A stretch of DNA of 63,070 bases, the filler included, from Catajapyx aquilonaris (taxonomy: Eukaryota): the NCBI GenBank assembly GCA_000934665.2. It is 3 parts of 3 records of this genome, joined end to end, with 100 filler letters (N's around TTAATTAATTAA, not from the genome) between each part and the next. Parts side by side here need not be neighbours in the genome. Positions count along the whole stretch, not along the records: positions 20,999 to 41,915 come from JYFJ02006171.1; 2 more parts are not named here. The stretch is one strand, 5' to 3'. The notes beneath the pieces are model-generated. The model worked only from the letters and a program-made list of their open reading frames with translations. It searched no databases and was not told the DNA's origin. Each line of letters begins with the position of its first letter. Within the stretch, counting starts at the first letter, position 1. Of the stretch, positions 25,401 through 35,900 are shown in pieces. The translations under genes and the position numbers were made by a program.

Positions 25401-28400
25401 AAAGGATACCCTTCTTCATGTACTGAACCACCATTATTGTAGCTATAGCCACTGTCAGCATTACTAGTTTCATACCAATATTACAATGAGATTTTGAGTC
25501 TTATTTTTCCTGTTAGCCTGTCTCCCCTCCCAAAAGGTGCGTATGGGCTACTGTGGTACTAAATATCAATATAAATAAATGGCTTGCTGAAAAGTGCAAG
25601 TTGTTTATATCATGATATGACGATAAAATTAGTGCTTCCACTACGGTGACAATGTGCCCAAACTTGGAAAGCGCAGCCTTGAAGACATTAGGTAATGCAC
25701 TACTACAAATGGAATGGGGGAAGCAGAGTGGCGCTGTTGTAATGTATGCACCCATGGATGGAAGGGTCCCGGGTTCTATCTCAAGCACGTCATTCACTCC
25801 TTCCTCTCATGCAGAGTTGGGTCATCTCTGGCTTCGTCTCAGGTGGAATCTCCGGTAGACTAATCCACTCAGGGGAACTCACAAAACGACCATAGCTAGG
25901 ACATTGCACATCACCTCCCAGTCACCCTGCCCGTGGGCCCAGGTGCTTCGTAAAATGTTCCAGTATGTATCGTACTACAACGGTATGATAAAGGTCCGTG
26001 CTATACACCTCGTAAGGAGGTCAAGCACTACCCAGATTATTTTTACTATATAATTGTTATTACTACATATTGAGTAAGGAGGATATATTCACATTATCCA
26101 AGGGAAATGAAGGCCTACAAATCCTAAAAGAATTATATCTAGAAGAAATCTTACTCTCATAGGACAATTTTGACTGAAGTTGCTAACATTTTGCTCCTAG
26201 TATTAGGGCTTTAGTAAGAGATTCTACTGCCATAAAATCCAGATGAATTAAATTCATTACTAGGTATATTTCGTTTTTATGGAACAGTTTTTTAAAGCAA
26301 TGAAATTTGCTCAGTTGTTACATGCTGGCTGGACACATTTATGAATAAAAACCCTGAGACGTCCACGTAAGCAATAGTGCAGTTTGATAGCCCATTTCAT
26401 AATACTATTTTGGGACTTTTCTATGATTATTTCCGACCTAAAAATCCACTCTCGAGTGATTACCAAGTACTCACCTCATGCACGACATGAGTAACAAGGT
26501 CCTTGTATTTACGCCTCACATACGAGCCTCCATGCATGGTTACCAAATTGTGCAGTTCATCCCTTTGGTTAGCCAGTGCCTTACTGACAAAGATGACAAG
26601 TCCAGAGAAGATAGTTGCTGAGGCATCCTGAAAAGGGGTGGTGAAATTGTAATTAAGGACATGTATGTGTATCCCACCATACCCATTGTGCAGATATTGG
26701 TGCCACTGTCGTATTCTATTGAGGCCATAGCTAGAGGTAAGGGATTCCCTGCTAGACCCAGAAGCAGGTAGCAAATGCCTGCCTGTCATGTGTAAAGTGA
26801 GTAAGGAAATAAGTCTTGGTGGGCAGGGGTGAGTTACTATGCCCTGAAATTTAACAAGTTTTCTCGCAATTGCCAGAATTTTATGCTACCAGTCTGTCAT
26901 GTAGAGCTTTTGCACACTCAGATTTTTTTTTTTTTTGTATGTGTATAAGTCCAACTCTACCTATGTTGGAGCTAAATAAGCTGGGGACTGTCTTAATTAA
27001 TTAACTAATTAAAATAGCAAAACTACATTTGTAGTTTTGCTATTTTAACTAAAAATACGTGTTATGCTGTCACAATAAATAAATCAATGGATCTGGATTA
27101 TTTGATTTTTTTTTTAATTGCGAAATGGCAGCAGTAGCCATTTAAATCATGTGAGCTGGGCAGCTCACTTGTCATCCTTAGATTCCATACAAATCAATCA
27201 CATTCAGGTGTGTCAACTTACATGAAAATATGTACAATGGGGGTCCCAGCCTTGGCCTGGGATTTGGATAATTTGTATATGAATAGCTCAACCATACATA
27301 CAAACCTACATTCCACCACTTTTTTGGGGGTGAATGGGAAAGTCAATTACAGTGAAACTTCTATAAGTCGAATCTCCATGGGACCAGAAAAAAACTTCGA
27401 GTTATAGAATATTCGAGTTATAGAAAATTCGAGTTATAGAAGATTCGAGTTATAGAAGATTCGAATGAGAGAAGTTGGGAATTTTTTAAGCACATAACTC
27501 TATAAGATAGCCTACCTTTATATCCTGTGACAAAAGGTGTTCAAAACTTAAAAATAACTGTCACTATCACACTTACAGTGTTCCTCGTTTTGTTGTAAAA
27601 AAAATCTCCGTGATGGACATTTGCCTACTTTTAGATTCAAGGATTCAATTGTCATAATAGAGTCAAACCCTTCTTTAGGTACGTCTGGTAGACGGAGATC
27701 AGGAAATTGACCCTTCTGCTGGGAAATGAGACAATTTTCTGTACTCGCCAACATGAACTTCGACTTAGGGAGACTGAAAATGCATTGATATCCCATCGTA
27801 AGGCCCTGCCTCCACTTCGAGTTATGGAGAACTTTGACTTTTGAGTTATAGAAATTCAAGTCAGGGAAGTTTATTTCCTATTATTTTACATTGTGACCAA
27901 CCAAGCTCATCATTTTCTTTGACTTATAGAGAACTTTGACTTAGGGAAGTTCGACTTACTGTATGTGATCCTTAATCATTAACCTTTAATGTCTGCAGGA
28001 AGCATTAAATCCATTTCATTATTGCCATGTTTCCGGAAAAAGATGTGGTAAACATGGCTAAAAAGTTGGCTACAACCATCTTACCTCAACTTCTTCCCCA
28101 GTAGTTTTCTTTTGTCCGATATGAGATGCCTCTTTTTCGCTACTTCCTTGATCTGGGGAGACAATGGCGAGGGTCTCCTCCACTATTTTCTGCCTTTTTC
28201 GACTTTCATCATCACCCTCCTCTTGGTCTCTTTGGGTGCTCATGACCCTTTTCTTCTGGGAAAGACCCGTCACCAAGTGAACTCTTCCAGTAGGAGGGGA
28301 GGTGTTGGTTGATACTGCAAGCAAAGAATAAGTGCACAAGGTAGAAGCACTAGTGATGCATTCTCATATGCCCTTCTACAAATTATATTGTGGAAAGCAT

Positions 28401-31400
28401 AAAAGAACAAATTGATTCTATAAAAAGATTGACAGTATTAAATGAAAACCAGTTAGAGATGTGTGATGGTCACTAGAGTAGTGCTCCTGTACTTTCTGTT
28501 TCCAAGCATGCACCACGATGTATATCTGCACATTCACTTCTGTAAATTGTCTCAAGAGACTCCTGCAGTCAACTGAGCAAACTTTTTATTTCTTCCACAT
28601 GAATAACAACATGCCAGCAGTTTTTTGTTAACCCTAATCCTGAAAAATCAAATGAGAGAAACAGATCCTGTCCTAGTGAGGTGGTCAGGTATTTCCAACT
28701 TATTTGAGAACCCTTATGCAATTGCATTACAGATGGAATTTTGAAAACCCCCATAAAAATCATCTGTTCCCTATTTAAAAATGATCACCCAGAAAGAAAG
28801 CCTACATGCAACCTGGACAAAAAAGTTCCATTTTTTTGCTCAAGTAAAATAGCATTTTAATTAGCTTATAATAAAGTCAGCCCTGCCTAATGACCACATA
28901 TACAGTATGGCATGCTCATGTAATCCTCATTCTTGCCTGATCAAGGATGTCCTTCTCTGTATTCTAATAAGCACTGTCAATAGTCAGAGTAACACAGATA
29001 TACTTACAGGTGGCTCTGCTGTGACTGTTACTCACTTATCAGACCAAGCAATAGATTCAATTATTGCATCAGAAAGAGGCCCAGTCCTATGCTGGATATG
29101 AAAGAAAACTTGCAGTGTGTCCAAAAATGGTTTAACCCTTAACTACGTAGGTGGAGCCTGAGAGGCTCCAAGCACTATTTAAACGCATGTAACTCTTTCA
29201 TTGAATTTTATTTTCCACTCTCCTTCCGTGACTTTGTCAGAAAAACCTTCCTTAGCATGAAAATGAAAGAAAAAAATTTTAAGTCCCTATTCTTTGGTTT
29301 TAAAAAATTCGTAACGAGGAACAGGTCCCTCTAACCACTCAGGCTATCCCTATGCAGGTGAAGCCAGAGCGGCTCAAAGTTGTTGATGTAACCTTTTAAT
29401 TAAAAATTTTTCCCTGTCAGAATATGCTGTCTCAGCGTGTGATTTTTATGTTTTCGGAAGCCTAATGATCTGAACTGCACTTTCTGTATGTGAAAAGTCC
29501 AATATAACAATTTAGTTGATAAGCATAAATTTAAATATACCGTTGGAGCCTCTCAGGCTCCACCTACGTAGTTAAAGGTGTTTCACCCACCTACGTAGTT
29601 AAGGGTTAAAACTATTCATGTCCATAAGAGAAATTAAACACTGCAATTAATCTATACACTATTTTGATATATTGCACATCAATAGCTTCTTCATGTGACA
29701 TTGTCAATAAACAATAGAGATAGAAACCGATAAGTTGCATGTGATTTTTTATTTCAATTGCAACATGCAATAGTCGAATCCCTCTATAATGAATCAGGAT
29801 ATAACAAAAATCCGCTTATAACGAAAGAAAATTTGTGACCATCAGAGGCCCCATATAAACCCATGTTAAAAATATCCGCTTTTAAGGAAAGGATTTTCGG
29901 TTTCAGTTCGCATATAATGAAAAAAATTCGCTCCTCCAGTCCCACCTCTCGGCCGAAAAAGGGCGGAAGTTGGCAAATTGGGCCATAAATCACCATCTGT
30001 GTGTTAGGGATTCAACCTTTTTTCACACATTCAGTCCAAAAGTTGATAACTTGGGGTCCTAATGGAAGGGAAAGGATTCTCTGGGAGGGGGGGAGGGCTG
30101 TTCCACAGTGACACAGAGCTGCCCACTGGATTTATTGCTAGCACATGCCCCCCCCCCCCAGGGAAGGAGGCAGATGGTTAAAACCTGTGAAAATTCACCG
30201 GAAATTTGAGCAGCAAAACGAATCACATCTGGAACGGAATTCCCAGACACGGACTTATCATAATTATGTGCCGAAAAGGTGGGATGAGGCCATGAGGGCT
30301 CCAGCGGAAAAGGAGAAGGGCTTTGGCATGCAACTGGTACAGTCCTGTGGTGTTTGTTCAGTCACAGTCACTGTCCGACTCCTGCACACTTCACTCAGAA
30401 GCAGTTTTCGGCATGGCACCAAAGAGGAAGAGCCTGACCTTTCCTTATCATCTTTGCCCCCCATTTCCTCTTTCCCCCCTTGGGTTTACTACTTGTGGGA
30501 GCTTATGGTGGGCATATTATGCTGGCGCGGCGGGTTATCTGATCGGCCGAATTGCTGTAGCTTATTGTTGTTGCCTTTGCCGTGCTTCGTGAGATAATCT
30601 AATTTAGCATGTAAGAATTTTTTAACTATTTTTCCCGCTACCAGGGCTTAATATAACGCCTAAATATCGAAAAAAGTGAGGTTTAAACGCGTTTTTTAAT
30701 ATAACGAATTTCGTATATAATGAAAGAAAATTTGGTTCCCTTCAATTTTGTTATCGAGGGATTCGACTGTATTCAATATTTGCAATGTTTACTTTTTGAT
30801 GTCTTCGATATGTGAAATGCCGTAAGAGCCCTTTGCGAGCTGAGGTAATTTTATCTTCATGTACCCTGTACTCCTGATTATCCAGATGCGGATTATCCAT
30901 GAATAGCCGAAAAAAAAAGTTAGAAATACAGGGTGGGCGGAAAGTAACTCCCTAGCTATTAGAAACATGTCATAACTTAGTCAAATATTGCTCAATTTTC
31001 ACGAAACAAGTTTTATTTTGTAACTTGCAATGGGAGAATTAAAATGGCTGCCCACCAGATGGAGTCATGCAAGCCTCGTGACCCTTTATGCCCAGAGGTT
31101 GGCCAACTTGGAGGACGTTTCCTATTGGCTATGGCTGTCACATGATTTATGGACGTCATGTTTTGTCCTCTGCTCGGCAAGTCGGCAAAAGCAAGCCATA
31201 ATAAGCACGTGATGGGGACAGCTCTGCACGTCCCTACCTGCTGTTTTCTGGTTGAACTACACTGTACTCCAGATTATTCATAATAATTACTCTGTGGGTG
31301 TACCCCACAAACCAGAAAACACGAATAATGTGAAAATTCAAAGATTTAACTCTATAAAATGGGTGACATTTTAAAACATATGGTTGGCATTATTATTAGG

Positions 31401-31680
31401 GGCCCTAAAATTTTCTGTAATGGACAAGTTTCTGCTATATTACACATGTAGACTGTAGTGAAACATGTCCATAACAGACTCTTTGTATAATGGAAACCTG
31501 TCTATTGCAGGATTTTTTTATGGGAATGAGCGTTATGTATGCATAGGACATGAATTCCGTGTCTAATACAGTGAAACCTGTGTATAGCGGAATAGCACGA
31601 GATCCTAAACTTATCCATAATGAACACGTTTCCACTATATTCGACACAGAATATATGTCCTATGCATACACCTGTTCCCG

Positions 31681-31750
<70 letters not shown>

Positions 31751-32866
31751 CGCCTTGTCTGGAACGATTGACGTCACTCTCACGTCACTCACGTAATGGC
31801 CCGTAGTGACGTCTACCACCTACGCCACCTACCGGTCTTGGCGGAAAGCGCTTAGGAACTGTCGTGACTGTGACTGCTGCCATCTTCCGCCACCTTCCGC
31901 ACTAAATAATTTTACCGTCCGCCCAACGAGATAGAATCAGGTAGAGGCCGTAAAGGTCACGTGATCTTTGGCGTCCATGCCACTTCACGGATCCGACACT
32001 AATCACGGCACTAAGTCACGACTAAGTCACGGCACTAAATCACGGCACTAATTCATCGGGCCATATTTTTCCCTTCCCGCCAAAAGTCCTAACTGCCACC
32101 TATTTTGTTTCCCGCCAATACAGGCCCCGGGTGAGTGCTGCCACCTTCTCATCACGACACCAGGCCGGGGGTAGGGGGCGGCGGGTTGTGGGTTGGGCGG
32201 GGTGGGTCAGTGGCTCACTTCTCACTGCGCAGTGGAGAGTATGGTCGCTTTATTTCTGTCGGTGGTCAGTACCTTACGTCCTCACGACCTGCTCAGTGCC
32301 TCATATCCTCACAACCCGCACAATGGACGAGGAGGAGGATCCCATTGCTAGAAAGCGTCGGATGGCTAAGGCACGCAAGGCTAGATGGCTAGCAAAGCTA
32401 AGTCAGGAGTCCCTGGACAGAATTCGTCAGGCAGACGCTGCAGCTCATCGCTTAGCACGCCATCCTCTAACCCAATCCATTCCCGACGAAGCTATTCTTT
32501 TTCTGGAGGCCCGAGTCACATGGCCAGCTGTATGTGGCACTGTCCCGGTCTCGCAACCCAAGTCAGGTCAAAGTATTCACTACTCCTACTGCTCAACAAG
32601 GAACATTGCTTTCCAACAACAGAGCAGTCTTTACACAGAATGTTGTATATCGCGAGGTTTTATGAAAAAGGCTTTTCTCATGTCCGACTCAAGAAGTATA
32701 GCCTACAGTATGTCCACTGATTCAATGCCACTAAAATTTTCAACCCCGTCTTACGACCAGATATACGCTATTTCTTAGTTGTCACTCCGAGAGGCCTCTC
32801 ATCCCATTTTTTCATTCCCATTGTCCTCATTGCAGATTTTGCCAAATTTTGGCTACGGGTCCGCTA

Positions 32867-32923
<57 letters not shown>

Positions 32924-35900
32924 TTTTTTTTTTTTTTACGTTACCCTGTGCTAGGGCCATGGGCTCTTTTAGGGGGGTGGGATACCACCATTTGCTTCAA
33001 TTTTCTATTTTTTCTTCTAACACCGGTGCAAGGATGAAAGGACAAGATGTAAGGATAGGGAATTTTTGGGGAGGGAACATGGGTGCAAGTGCACGTCTGC
33101 AAACGGGTCATGTGCTGTTCCCCAGGAGGTTAGGTTGCCAGACACCTCCTTGGTGCAGGTCAGAGACCCTCCTGACGCAGGTGAAAGGAAAGTTCCCCAG
33201 GCGGGGGTCGAACCTGGGGCCTTTCACACAGCAAGCCGTGACGTTACCATCACGGCCACCACACCTCCCCCAATAATAATAATAATAATAATAATAATGG
33301 ATACTTCGCGATAGGCCTCCTTGGGGATCATCTTTTAAGTTTCGGCGAACNAGGGTATTACAAACAAACAAGACTTCTTCATCTTCTTTCTTTCAGCAAA
33401 ATATCCTTGTTTTCAATAGCTATGTTTTGACTAATCGAGTTTACCATACTCACCAGTGATCTCAGTGCTTGCAAGAGATGCTACACCATCCATCGCTCTG
33501 CTATTCCTATAGCAAAGAATCCCATGACTCAGAGATGAGACATATGAAGTAATACATTTGCTGTGTAACCTACCCTTGACAAGCTGTGGAGGTGGGGGCA
33601 GCTGTTATTCCAGCATTTTGAATAGCAACCTCCTTACTAGACAACATCTGTTGGCGCTGCTTTGCCTGGCACACTATTTTCGGCTTCGCCTCCCCAGTCA
33701 GTCGCATGTGGTAATCCAGAGGGACAGGTAGCAGCCTTTTGGCTTTGACACAATCATACAACCACTCACTATTAACCACATGCTTCTTGTATGTCTTGGC
33801 AAATTCAATATCGGCAGATGCCAGGCTCTCACATCCCTGAAATTAAGTCAGGTTAAAAGAAAACATTCTTATTACTTATTCTTATTACTCGAGACCAGGG
33901 GTGATTTCTTCCTCCTCCTAATGAGTTACAGCTAGTAGCAAGGTTGATTTTCCCTTTAGGTTTCTCATATGCTATCATGGTTCCTACATGCATTAAATGT
34001 TTCAAATATGCAGCATAAAAAACATGGAAAAATGTGGGAAATTTCAGAACCTATCCCATTCAATTAATAATAATAATAATAATAATAATATAATAATAAT
34101 CCGGGGTAGTGCTTGACCTCATCTGAGGTATGGTGCAGCACGGACCTTTATTTATTATGTCAAGTACATTGGAGCCTTTATACGTAACGCCCGGGCCCAC
34201 GGGCAGGATGACAGGAGGGGATGTGCAAGGTGCAGTGCAATGTCTTAAACGTGGCCATTTTTAGTGAACTCCCCCGGGTGGTTTAGTCTGTGGAAATACC
34301 ACCCGAGACGAAGCCAGAGGTGACCCTGAACTCTGCACGAGATGAAGGGGGTGTCCCCGGGTTGGGATCGAACCCGGGACCTTAACATCCGTGGGCGCAT
34401 ACGTTACCATAGCACCACTCCGCCTCCCCCTATCCCATTCAATTACATTATAATTTGGCCTCATTTTATGACTTTACACTTTAACCCTAATAAGACGGGC
34501 GTCACATATGCTGTGACAGTGGCTTTTAAAAATTCTGCTGCTGAAACTATAGCATTTTCCCACTATGTAATGTGGTTTCTGTGTGGCTTTTTAAATTTTT
34601 TCTCGCGTAAAAAATCGCGAGTTTTGAACTACAAAATCGTGCATAAATAAACTGGATTAACCAGATTAACCTGATTGGAATCATCATTTTGCGGCCGCTG
34701 AAAAAAAAAACTTCAAAAAAGAAAAAAAAATCCGACCTTGACCGGCAAATTTTTGGCATACATAGTTGCCCCAAAACATCCTCAAGAGATTCCACCCTAA
34801 AATTAGTGCAAAAGATAATTCAATAGATTTAAAATAAATGATGTTCGTATATGCCAATTAGCTGCTGGCAGGCGTCTGCGCACTTCAACGCCGGCTTCCA
34901 TGTGGATGTAGGGGCGCATGCTCCGCGGGAGTTTCGAATAGCTGTGGAGTGAGTGAGGGTGGGGGTTGTATATTTGTCAATTTGGCTGGCATGCCTGTCC
35001 CATGAGGTATTATTCATGCATACTGGTCTGTGCAGTAGCGCCAGCATGACACATCGATACACTTCTTGTCAGCCCAGGAGTTACAATTACGCAGGCCGAA
35101 ACGCACCCCTACGGCATCTGTTGAGATGTTCAGGAATTTAAATCTCCGCATGGCATGCCAAGAAGGTCCCATAAATGGTCTCAGGATCAAGCCTAGACAC
35201 TACACGATGTTACTCACTAGATTAGTTATGTGTGGTCCCTCAAATGACAACGCAAGCAATATTTTTGTAGATTCTTGAAAAAACGCAAAAAAACCACCCG
35301 TCTTATGAGGGTTAAGACCCCGTTTTTCCCGTACCTGATCTCATCATAAAACAGGGGCTACCTGTACAACAAATTTAATAAAGGACATATTCAGATTTTC
35401 GAAGACTATGAAGGAAAGGGCAAAAAAGCCTAAAAGATGTAGTAGGCATATATCAAGCAAAAACCCACCACAGAGACAATATTATGACTGTTGCCAACAT
35501 TTTCTTCGAGGAACTCAATGCTTTAGTGTGAGATTCAGTTGCCATAAAATTCTCGTGCATTAAACTCATCATTAGGTATATTTTGTGTCGTGCAACAGCT
35601 TCATAAAACTAATTTGGGACATTTAGAACCTTTTCCATGATTATTTACAACTTTAAAATCCATTCTCTAGTCATCGCCCACCACTCACCTTATTCACAAT
35701 GTGAGTAACGATATCTTTGTTTTTCCGCCTCATGTAAGATCCTCCATGGACAGTAATGAGATTGTGAAGATCATCACATTGGTTCGTCAAAGATTTGGTC
35801 ACGAAGATGACAATATTGTTAAAAATTGTCAGTGGCTCAGCCTGAAAAGGGATGGTGAAGTTGCCATCAATGACATACATGTGTCTCCAACTGTACATAC

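Noticed and set aside
26992..27012. TTAATTAATTAA matching the linker core
   Set aside because: There are no flanking Ns; this is natural AT-rich intron sequence.
27396..27465. Regular TTCGAGTTATAGAA repeats resembling a CRISPR array
   Set aside because: There are no unique spacers, the DNA is eukaryotic, and the repeats are subterminal repeats of a pogo-like MITE.
31502..33371. Poly-Ile, poly-Asn and poly-Tyr ORFs
   Set aside because: They are translations of (AAT)n microsatellites and neighbouring TE sequence.
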